DNA of 48,282 bases, from contig CAZYTQ010000005.1 of NCBI GenBank assembly GCA_964650135.1, positions 6,887 through 55,168 of the forward strand, read 5' to 3'. The position numbers were made by a program, and so were the translations under genes. The notes under the pieces were generated by a model, which was not told the DNA's origin, made no database searches, and was given only the letters and a program-made list of their open reading frames with translations. How positions within the stretch are numbered: the stretch's first letter is position 1; every line of letters begins with the position of its first letter. Shown piece by piece: positions 25,868 to 34,088 of the stretch. The stretch is from an uncultured Anaerolineaceae bacterium (GTDB lineage: Bacteria; Chloroflexota; Limnocylindria; Limnocylindrales; CSP1-4).

Positions 25868-27178
25868 TCAGGCGCCCGCGGCCGCCAGGGACTCACCGAT
25901 GATGCCCACCGCCAGGTCCACCTCGTCGGGGGTGGTGACGAGCGGCGGGATGATGCGCACCACCTGCCCCCACGAACCCGCGGACAGCAGGATGAGCCGG
26001 CGTGCCAAGGCCTCGGCCAGCAGTCGCTTGGCGAGGGCCGCATCCGGTGTGGGTCGGTCGGCGTCGGTGGGATCGACCAGCTCGAGGGCGACCATGCACC
26101 CCAGACCGCGGATCGCAGCCACCCGCGGTCGACCCGCGGCGACCGCGCGGATGCCCTCGAGCAGCTGGGCCCCACGTGCGGCCGCGTTGGCCACGAGACC
26201 CTCGTCGTCGATGACCTCGAGCGTGGCGAGGGCGGCCGCACACGCGACCACGTTGCCGCCGTAGGTGCCGCCGTGTGCGCCGGGTGCCCATCGCGCGAGG
26301 AGCTCCCGCGGCGCCATGATCCCCGACAACGGCAATCCTGACGCGATGCCCTTGGCCATGACCAGGATGTCCGGCACCACGGCCCAGTGCTCGACCGCCC
26401 AGAACCGGCCGGTGCGACCGAAGCCGGTCTGCACCTCGTCCGCGATGAGCAGCGCTCCGTGTCGGTCGGCGATCTCGCGGAGTCGTGGCAGGAACCAGGG
26501 CGGCGGCACGATGTAGCCGCCCTCGCCGATGATCGGCTCGATGAGGAATGCGGCCACGTGGCGCACGTCCACGAGCTGCGCGAACAGGGCGTCCATGGCC
26601 GCCTCCCAGTCCGCCCGGGCCCGCTCGTCGTCGACGGCGTCGCCCACCTCGGGATAGGGCGCGTGGTACACCGACCCGGGCAACGGCTCGAAGTCACCGC
26701 GCACCGTCACTCGGGAGGTCGTGAGGGCCATCGCCTGGGCCGTGCGGCCGTGGAAGCCACCCCGGAAGGCGACGATGACCGGGCGACCGGTGGCCACCCG
26801 GGCGAGCTTGACCGATGACTCGATGGCCTCCGCACCGCTGTTGGCGAGGAAGGCGCCCCAGCCCGCGGCGGGTGCCCGGCGGGCGAGCTCGGCGTGGAGT
26901 CGGAGCCCCGGCTCGTGGTACACGATGTTCTGTTGGCCGTGGAGCAGTCTCGTCGCCTGCTCGGCCACGGCGGCCGCCACGCGCGGGTGGGCGTGGCCCG
27001 TGTTCGTGACGCCGATGCCCGAGGTGTAGTCGAGGTACCGCTCGCCATCGGTGGTCACCAGCCACGACCCCTCGCCATGATCGATGACCAGGTCCGTGTA
27101 GCGCGCCCAGACCGCGGGGATCACGGACCGGTCGGGGAGCCCCGGACGGTCCACGAGCGGCTCCGCGATGCTGGTCAT
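25868..27178 (-). CDS. Class III pyridoxal-phosphate aminotransferase, likely 4-aminobutyrate aminotransferase-type
   Basis: Start ATG 27178 with GGAG upstream. SGIGVTNTGHAHP, IADEVQTGFGRTGRFWAVEHW, the PLP-lysine context MAKGIASGLPLS, and GGTYGGN. Confidence 0.88.
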   Translation of the reverse strand: MTSIAEPLVDRPGLPDRSVIPAVWARYTDLVIDHGEGSWLVTTDGERYLDYTSGIGVTNTGHAHPRVAAAVAEQATRLLHGQQNIVYHEPGLRLHAELARRAPAAGWGAFLANSGAEAIESSVKLARVATGRPVIVAFRGGFHGRTAQAMALTTSRVTVRGDFEPLPGSVYHAPYPEVGDAVDDERARADWEAAMDALFAQLVDVRHVAAFLIEPIIGEGGYIVPPPWFLPRLREIADRHGALLIADEVQTGFGRTGRFWAVEHWAVVPDILVMAKGIASGLPLSGIMAPRELLARWAPGAHGGTYGGNVVACAAALATLEVIDDEGLVANAAARGAQLLEGIRAVAAGRPRVAAIRGLGCMVALELVDPTDADRPTPDAALAKRLLAEALARRLILLSAGSWGQVVRIIPPLVTTPDEVDLAVGIIGESLAAAGA

Positions 27179-27450
27179 GGATCTGCTCCTCACTGGCCGC
27201 TGGTCTGGCCGGGCTCGCGCATGTCGAACCGCGCCGCGACATCCAGATCGGGCGACCGCCGCCGCTCCGGAGGCGACCACCGGTCCTGAACCCCTGCGCG
27301 CGGACCAGGGCGGCCACGAGTGTGACCGGCCACCAAGTATAGGTGGGCGTCCGACGGCCGAACGAGCCTGCATCATCGCCCAGGGTCGCCCGGCGGAGCC
27401 GCTCGCGTGGTGGCCCAGGAACGCGCCGACCCGGTATCCTCGCGCACCAG

Positions 27451-30400
27451 ATGGAGGTGGTGGTCGATCCCAGCGAGCCGCCCGACCCGATCGCCGGGCG
27501 ACGTGGCGGCCCCGATCCGTCTCGGCGCGTCGGTATCGTCATCGCGCTGCTGATGGCGACCGTGTCGATCGTCAGCGCGGTGGTCGCCAGCCGTGCGGCC
27601 TATTGGTCGGCGGCTGCCGGTGACCTGGGTGGACAGGCGCTCCAGGAGGTCCTCGAGCGCCAGCAGATCGAGGACGATCTGCGCACCCAGGTGGACGCGG
27701 ACACGCGGCTCATCGGGCGCTACGACGCCGCGTGGAAGCGGAGCCAGCTGCTGCGGACCCAGGCGGACGCGATCCGCGCGACCGACGAGTCGACGGCCAC
27801 GAGCCTGGACATCGAGGCGCAGGGTGAGTTCGGCATCGACGTCGCCCTGTGGCGCTTCTTCTCGGTCATCTTCCCCAGCTTCGACGTCGATGACGAGCTG
27901 GTGTTCGAACCGGACGCGGCGCTCGCCGCGCTGCGCGCGGGCGAAGTGCGCCTGACGGAGCTGGCCCGATCGGATGCCGCCGACCTCGCGGCCCAGGCAC
28001 GTGATCGCACCAGCACCCTGGTCGCCGTCGCGGCGGTGTTCGTGGCGTCCCTGTTCGTGCTGACGGTCGCAGAGGTCACGTCAGGTCGGCGTCGATGGGT
28101 GGCCTTCGCCGCAGGGGTGGCGCTGGCGGTCTCGGCCACGCTCCTGGCGGTGGCCACGGACCTGGACTCGGGTGGCTTCGTGGTGGGCACCGTGGCCATC
28201 GCCCTCGCCGTCATCCTGCTGGTCCTCGGCGGCCCGGTCCTGGCACGTCGGTGGCGCTCTGCCCGCTCCCCCGGCGGCATCGATGACGACGAGGGGACGG
28301 CCATCGACGGCGACGGAGCGGCGGTCGCCGGCGCCCCGACACGACCCGCCGCGGACACCTGGGGGTCGATCGAGGGCGGGTCGTCGTCCCACGGCGCGGC
28401 GTCACCCGCGGACGGGCGGTCGGACGCGGGTGCGCCATCCTCGCGGTTCGCCGGGACCATCGGCGTGTTGCTGGCCGGTGCCACGCTGCTCGGCGCGGTC
28501 GTGGGCTACTACCAGGGGGTCGCGTCGGACGCGGGTGACCGTGCGGCCGCCGATGCCCGCGACCAGGCGCTCCGCGCGCTCACCGAGCACCAGGGCGCCA
28601 ACCAGTGGGCGACCACGCAGGTGGAGCAGTGGACGCAGGTGCTGGAGCATCGGGCGCGAGCCGTGATGGGACGCCAGGCCGCCGCCTACTGGGAGACGCA
28701 TGGAGAGCCCGGGCTCGCTCGGCAACAGACCGCGGAGGCGGACCAGCGCGCGATCCTGGCGGACCGGACCGCGCGCCTCACCGAGCTCACGGCGGACCAT
28801 CCGGACGGACCGGACCAGGACCCGGACTTCCCGCTTCGCTTCCAGGCAGCGCAGGGGGAGCAGACGGCGCGCCGCGTGGTGCTCCAGGATCTTGCCAACG
28901 AGGCGAACGCGCACCATGGCTCGGTCTCAGCCGGACATGTCGCCGTCCTGGCCACGATCGCCATCGCGGCGTACCTGCTGGGTCTGTCGCTGGTGCTCGA
29001 CGACCGCCGCTCCCAGCGGCTGTTCGGGGTCGTCGGCGGCGCGCTCCTGGTGGTGTCCGGCGGTTGGGCCATCTGGAACGAAGCGGGTGCACCACCCCGA
29101 CCCGATGCGGCGGGCCGCGAGGCGATCGCCGTCGCGTACGCCCGGGCCACCGTCTCGGCGGACACGGCTCGAACGCCCGACGGATGGGCAGCGGCGGCGA
29201 CGGGGTACCGTGCCGCGCTCGACCTGCATCCGACCCTCGCCCGTGCCCGGGTCGGCCTGGCGAGCGCCGTGTTCATGGCGGCATCACCACAGGCCGGCGG
29301 TGGCTTCACGAGCGTCAGCAGCATCGACGCGGTCCGGGAGGCGGCGGGCGAGCTGGAGGCCGCCCGCGACCTCGGCTGGGAGACGGTGATCACGCTGGGG
29401 GACGGCGGCTTCTACGAGACGCTCCTGGCACTCGATGACCCGGACGGCGACCACGCGGCGAGGGCCGTGGAGCTGACGGGCGCCGCGGTGGATCGAGCGC
29501 CGGAGCTGCCGGTGGTGCACTTCAACCACGGTGCGGCTCTGCTCGTCGACGGCCAGGTCGATGCTGCGCGGGCCGCCTACCAGGCGGGCGTGGCGATCTC
29601 CGTGGCGCCCGGCGCCGATGGACGACCGATCCTGAGCGACAGCCAGCTCTGGAGCGTGGCGGCGGGCGCCCTGACCGATCTGGAGCTCATCGATGTCGCC
29701 CTGGCTGACGACCCCCTGATCGGACCGGCGATCCCGGAGATGCGGACACTGCTGGTGGCCGGGCTCGGGGATCCGATCACCCACACCGACGCGGGAACGC
29801 AACCGGTCCTCAGCGACCTGGCCGTGCTCGCCACGCCCAGCCAGCTGTGGTGGACCGCCCGCATCGATGACTTCGACCCCGAGCATGACGTGATGTCCGT
29901 GGTCTGGTCGTACGAGGATCCGGTGGTGGCGGGACGGCATGTCCTGGCCACCCATTCGGGACCGGTGCGGCTGGGCACGGTCAGCGACGCCGGCTCGTTC
30001 TACATCGATGGCGATGAGCCGCGCTACTGGCAGGGTGGCTCGTATCTCCTGGGCAGCACGCCCCATCGATGCGTCCCCGATGGCACGTTCCAGGTGGAGG
30101 TGTACATCAACGGTCGGCTGGCGAACGCGCCCGCCACGCGGGACCTCGACCTGCCGGAGCTGGTGGCGGTCAGCCGCCGGGACATGCAGCTGCTCCTGTG
30201 CCGCCCAGCCGATTGGCTCGATGTCGGACAGGAGGACGGCTCCCGTGCGTCGTTCCGGAGCCCGGATGGCTCGATGCGCATGACCGTCATGCGGGTGTTC
30301 CGACCCCGATCCATCCCCGAGGACTCCGAGACCCAGTCGCTGGAAGTGATGGCGGAGCTGATGGCCGGCTGGCCGGGAGCGCCGCAGGCCATCTCGGACG

Positions 30401-30594
30401 TCCCGGTGCCGGACTACTTCATGGGCCTCGGCGACACCCATACCCAGTGGTACGACACGGCCGAGAGCCGGGTGAAGCTGATCGCCGGTGTGGATGACCT
30501 CGGGACCGTCTTCGCGGCCGCGCTGGAGGGCCCGGCGGAGTGGGTGGATGGTGACCTCGCGAACGGCATCCTGGGCTCGTTCTCGACGCAGTAG
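27451..30594 (+). CDS. Large (1047-aa) multi-pass membrane protein of unknown function with TPR-like and C-terminal globular regions
   Basis: ATG 27451 is preceded by TATCCT-N10. About 7 hydrophobic helices lie in two TM-helical-TM modules. An Asp/Gly/Ser-rich linker separates them. An Ala/Arg-rich TPR-like segment follows (YRAALDLHPTLARARVGLA; HFNHGAALLVDGQVDAARAAYQAG). The C-terminal region of about 330 aa is mixed in composition. No family was recognised. Confidence 0.7.
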   Translation: MEVVVDPSEPPDPIAGRRGGPDPSRRVGIVIALLMATVSIVSAVVASRAAYWSAAAGDLGGQALQEVLERQQIEDDLRTQVDADTRLIGRYDAAWKRSQLLRTQADAIRATDESTATSLDIEAQGEFGIDVALWRFFSVIFPSFDVDDELVFEPDAALAALRAGEVRLTELARSDAADLAAQARDRTSTLVAVAAVFVASLFVLTVAEVTSGRRRWVAFAAGVALAVSATLLAVATDLDSGGFVVGTVAIALAVILLVLGGPVLARRWRSARSPGGIDDDEGTAIDGDGAAVAGAPTRPAADTWGSIEGGSSSHGAASPADGRSDAGAPSSRFAGTIGVLLAGATLLGAVVGYYQGVASDAGDRAAADARDQALRALTEHQGANQWATTQVEQWTQVLEHRARAVMGRQAAAYWETHGEPGLARQQTAEADQRAILADRTARLTELTADHPDGPDQDPDFPLRFQAAQGEQTARRVVLQDLANEANAHHGSVSAGHVAVLATIAIAAYLLGLSLVLDDRRSQRLFGVVGGALLVVSGGWAIWNEAGAPPRPDAAGREAIAVAYARATVSADTARTPDGWAAAATGYRAALDLHPTLARARVGLASAVFMAASPQAGGGFTSVSSIDAVREAAGELEAARDLGWETVITLGDGGFYETLLALDDPDGDHAARAVELTGAAVDRAPELPVVHFNHGAALLVDGQVDAARAAYQAGVAISVAPGADGRPILSDSQLWSVAAGALTDLELIDVALADDPLIGPAIPEMRTLLVAGLGDPITHTDAGTQPVLSDLAVLATPSQLWWTARIDDFDPEHDVMSVVWSYEDPVVAGRHVLATHSGPVRLGTVSDAGSFYIDGDEPRYWQGGSYLLGSTPHRCVPDGTFQVEVYINGRLANAPATRDLDLPELVAVSRRDMQLLLCRPADWLDVGQEDGSRASFRSPDGSMRMTVMRVFRPRSIPEDSETQSLEVMAELMAGWPGAPQAISDVPVPDYFMGLGDTHTQWYDTAESRVKLIAGVDDLGTVFAAALEGPAEWVDGDLANGILGSFSTQ

Positions 30595-30626
30595 CGCGCG
30601 TCGGGCGAGGTGCGTCTGGCGCCTCC

Positions 30627-30642
30627 CCGGATCCGCATCCGG
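30627..30642. terminator. Short perfect hairpin between convergent genes
   Basis: CCGGAT-ccgc-ATCCGG, nested inside a wider GTCGGGC...GCCCGAC pairing. It lies in the 82-nt gap between the convergent 27451-30594 and azlD genes. Confidence 0.3.
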
Positions 30643-30676
30643 CCCGACGACGTGCGCCGGCCCGGCGATGTGTGTG

Positions 30677-31009
30677 TCAGGCGACGCCCAGGGCACGTGC
30701 CAGGGCGACCAGCACCACCGCCGCGATGAGCCCCGGCAGCAGCGATCGACGCCAGGCGACGACCGCCACGCACACGACCACAGCGAGCACCTCGATGCCC
30801 AGTCGGAACCGGGACGACCCGGCATCGTCGACGAGGACCAGGACGTTCACGGCCGCCAGGGTCGCCAGGATGGCCGGCCCGATCAGCCGGAGGTACTCGT
30901 CGACCGCCGGCGGCAACCGGTCGAAGCCGGGCATCAGCAGCGGCACGGCGCGCGAGGGATACGTCACGGCACCCATCAGCACCGCGAGCGCGACCAGCTC
31001 CACGCTCAT
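30677..31009 (-). CDS. azlD: AzlD-family branched-chain amino-acid transport protein
   Basis: 110-aa hydrophobic ORF (MSVELVALAVLMGAVTYPSRAVPLL..). Its ATG overlaps the azlC stop (ATGA at 31006-31009). Confidence 0.8.
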   Translation of the reverse strand: MSVELVALAVLMGAVTYPSRAVPLLMPGFDRLPPAVDEYLRLIGPAILATLAAVNVLVLVDDAGSSRFRLGIEVLAVVVCVAVVAWRRSLLPGLIAAVVLVALARALGVA

Positions 31010-31830
31010 GGCAGCCCCTCGGTCGCGTCCCGTGGCGGGACGGGGACGCTGATGCCGGGCACGGCCATGGCCAGCAGCGGACCCAGGAGACCACCGGCAA
31101 GGATGCCCACCGATGGGTCGACCACGAGCGCCACGGGCACGCCCACGCCGATGCCGATGATGGCCGCCGCGATGCTCCGCCGGTCCACCATCAGGGCGAC
31201 CGCGAGCCCCGCCATCGCGGCCGGGAACACGACGTCCAGGCCGACCGAGGTCGGTTCGGGCAGCAGCTGGCCACCGAGCATGCCCAGGAGCGTGGCGGAG
31301 ATCCACGGGATCCATGTGAACGCGGCCGCGAACACGTACGTGCCGACATCGGAGCGGCCGAGGGCACGGAACGCGGGCATCACCAGGGCGAATGCCTCGT
31401 CGGTGAGCAGATACGCGGCGATGGCACGCTGCCGACGGGGCCGATCCTGCATCCACGGCGCGAGCGCCGCCGCGTACAGCACGTGGCGCGCGTTGAGGAG
31501 CGCGGTCAGGAGCACGATGCCCAGCCATGGCACCCCCTGGGCGAGCAGCCCCACCGCCGCGAACTGTGCGGCACCGGCGAACACGATGAGGCTCATGGCG
31601 AGCCCTTCGATGAGCGACAGCCCTTCCTGGCGCGCAGCGAGCCCGTACACGACCCCGAACGCGAACGCCGAGACGGCGATACCCGTGCCGTCCACGAGGA
31701 TGCGTCGTCGGACCCCGGCAGGGTCGGACGGATCCCGAGGGAGCGCGTCGGCCGGGTGGTCATCGTGGGGCCTCCGGGTAGCGGCCGGACCGTCCGCCGC
31801 GTCCCGCCGGTATGATCGTCGCATGCTCAC
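31006..31830 (-). CDS. azlC: AzlC-family branched-chain amino-acid permease (start uncertain)
   Basis: GIAVSAFAFGVVYGLAARQEGLSLIEGLAMSLIVFAGAAQFAAVGLL is the AzlC core. Candidate starts are GTG 31830, ATG 31824 or internal GTG 31695. The two upstream starts overlap the divergent mrp start codon. Confidence 0.8.
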   Translation of the reverse strand: MSMRRSYRRDAADGPAATRRPHDDHPADALPRDPSDPAGVRRRILVDGTGIAVSAFAFGVVYGLAARQEGLSLIEGLAMSLIVFAGAAQFAAVGLLAQGVPWLGIVLLTALLNARHVLYAAALAPWMQDRPRRQRAIAAYLLTDEAFALVMPAFRALGRSDVGTYVFAAAFTWIPWISATLLGMLGGQLLPEPTSVGLDVVFPAAMAGLAVALMVDRRSIAAAIIGIGVGVPVALVVDPSVGILAGGLLGPLLAMAVPGISVPVPPRDATEGLP

Positions 31831-32890
31831 CGAGTCCGCTGTCTACGACGCACTGCGTCATGTCCAGGAGCCCGAGCTGGGCCGGGACATCGTCACCCTC
31901 GAGATGGTCAAGGGGGTCACGGTCGATGCGGACCGGGTCGCCCTCACCATCGACCTGACCACACCCGCGTGTCCGCTCAAGGATGAGATCGAACGCGATG
32001 TCCGGGGCGCGCTTGCCGGTGCCGGTGCGGGCGAGGTGGAGATCACCTGGGGCGCCACCGTCCGGCGGTCCATGGCCGCGGCCTCCACACCGCTCGTGCC
32101 GGGTGTGCGCAACATCATCGCCGTGGCATCCGGCAAGGGGGGCGGGGGCAAGAGCACGGTGTCGACCAACCTGGCGGTGTCGCTGGCGCTCGATGGCGCG
32201 AACGTGGGTCTGCTCGACGCGGACATCACGGGTCCCAACATCCCGATCATGATGGGTCTCGAGGGCGCGCCCGCCTCGAGCGCGGACGGCAAGATCGTGC
32301 CCCTGGCGCGGTATGGCGTGAAGGTCATCTCGATCCAGTTCTTCGTGCCCCAGGGACAGCCCATCGTGTGGCGTGGACCGCTGGTCGGCGGGGCCATCCA
32401 GCAGTTCCTGCGGGACGTCGACTGGGGCGACCTGGACTATCTCGTCATCGACCTGCCACCGGGTACCTCCGATGCGCAGCTGACGCTCGCGCAGGCGGTG
32501 CCCATCAGCGGTGCGCTCCTGGTGACCACCCCCCAGGCGGTGGCCATCGCGGACGTGGACAAGGCCCTCGCGATGTTCCGGCGCCTGTCCGTGCCGGTCA
32601 TCGGTCTCGTCGAGAACATGAGCGCGTTCGTCTGCCCCCACTGCGGCGAGGCGACCGAGATCTTCGGGCGGGGCGGTGGGGAGCGCTTCAGCCGCGAACA
32701 GGGTGTCGAGTTCCTGGGCGGCATCCCGCTCGACATCAAGGTCCGCCAGGGCGCCGATGCGGGCGTGCCGGCCGTCGCCCAGCGCGAGCCGGGAGTGGCC
32801 GCCGAGACGATGCGCGCCCTCGCCCGGACCGTGGCGGCGCGTGTCAGCGTGCGTGCCGCACGCCAGCAGCCGGCGCTCAGCATCAGCTGA
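31823..32890 (+). CDS. mrp: Mrp/NBP35/ApbC-family iron-sulfur cluster carrier ATPase
   Basis: ATG 31823 is preceded by TATGAT-N6. It has an N-terminal DUF59-like domain (VYDALRHVQEPELGRDIV), a deviant Walker A VASGKGGGGKST, and CPHCG. Confidence 0.9.
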   Translation: MLTESAVYDALRHVQEPELGRDIVTLEMVKGVTVDADRVALTIDLTTPACPLKDEIERDVRGALAGAGAGEVEITWGATVRRSMAAASTPLVPGVRNIIAVASGKGGGGKSTVSTNLAVSLALDGANVGLLDADITGPNIPIMMGLEGAPASSADGKIVPLARYGVKVISIQFFVPQGQPIVWRGPLVGGAIQQFLRDVDWGDLDYLVIDLPPGTSDAQLTLAQAVPISGALLVTTPQAVAIADVDKALAMFRRLSVPVIGLVENMSAFVCPHCGEATEIFGRGGGERFSREQGVEFLGGIPLDIKVRQGADAGVPAVAQREPGVAAETMRALARTVAARVSVRAARQQPALSIS

Positions 32891-32905
32891 GGGGTGCGCT
32901 TGCGC

Positions 32906-33476
32906 TCACCCGCAACTGACGGCTCCGCTCACCCGCAGGCACGGCCGGGCCGGCGCGGGCGGGCGTCGGTGGGTCGTCGCGGGCGACGGTCGACCGTGGG
33001 GCTCGCTGGTCGGGCGTCGGGTACGGCGGACCTGCATGCAGCCGGGAAAGGACTTGACCCCGGTGTGTCGGACGAGGCGCAGGACAAGGCCGGTCTGCGT
33101 CGTGACGACCGCTTCGGTCGACGTCACGAGGCGGAACGTGCCCGGTCGACCATCGAAGTCGACCGAGCCCTGTGGGATGGCGACCGCGTCCCAGAACGAT
33201 CCTTCCACGTCGATCGGGCTCTGGATGCCGCGGTGGCGCATGTCATACAGGTCGTCGATACCGACCAGGGCGCCCGTCGGCGAGATCGGCAGCAGGATGA
33301 TCCGGAAGCCGGTGTGCTCGATCACGGGCTGGCGTGCGACGACATCCGGTGGCGGGGTGGGAACACGGACCCCCGAACGTGACCGCCGAGTCCCGTGACT
33401 GACACGCTACGACGACACTCGTGACGAGCACCAGCACGGCGATCCCCCAGCACGACCGGACCGCGTGAGCTGCCAT
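32906..33476 (-). pseudogene. Putative lipoprotein gene interrupted by a frameshift at a C5/G5 homopolymer
   Basis: ATG 33476 opens MAAHAVRSCWGIAVLVLVTSVVVACQSRDSAVTFGG, a signal peptide with lipobox VVAC. Removing one base of the run at 33370-33374 joins it to VRVPTPPPDVVARQPVIEHTGFRIILLPISPTGALVGIDDLYD..., which is the frame of ORF 32906..33325. The 3' end is uncertain because the last roughly 40 codons are Arg/Pro-rich. Confidence 0.4.
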
Positions 33477-34088
33477 CAGGCTCTCTGGACTGTCCAGCCG
33501 GGACCGCCGCGCGTCACGGGCGGCAGGGGTCATGCGGGAGGGGTCCGAGCACTCGACGACGGAGGCGGGGCGCAGCCGGTCGACGTGCCGGTACCATGCC
33601 AGATGGTCCGACTGGTCGACCGCGCACCGCTCAGCGCTGGGCTCGGAACGACCCTCCACGCTCAGGCGGGATCGCCGATCGCCCGACCAGTGCGGCCGGC
33701 TGGCATGGAAGTGGCCCCAAGGGCTCGCTTCGTGGTCGACCAGCTCGATCGTTCGGCAGGAAGGTCGAGCCCTGGCCGGAGCGGTCCACGTCGGTGGGTC
33801 GACGCGCCGGCAGCCGACGGCCAGACCACTGGAGCGGTCGGGATCGTCCAGGTCCCTGACTGCGCCCGGCGCGACCATCACTCGCGGTCCCATGCAGGTT
33901 CCGGGTGATCCTGCTACACCAATGCGCGCCGACGCCGGGGCGGCGGAGGACCCCAAGTCCGCGATCCCTGGCTCCAACCTATCGTCGTGTGCGGATGCTC
34001 GACCGGTCAGCCGTGGCCGTTCCCGCGACCGCGCACGCAGCCTGGAGGGCGCCCGACAGCGCCCGGACCGAGAGAGGTCGCACGTCAC

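Noticed and set aside
32891-32940. A direct 11-bp repeat gctcacccgca (32904-32914 and 32927-32937) and an imperfect hairpin right after the mrp stop.
   Set aside because: The repeat is short, the stem has a mismatch, and there is no further structure or conservation to evaluate. It is possibly a weak terminator, but the evidence is too thin to call.
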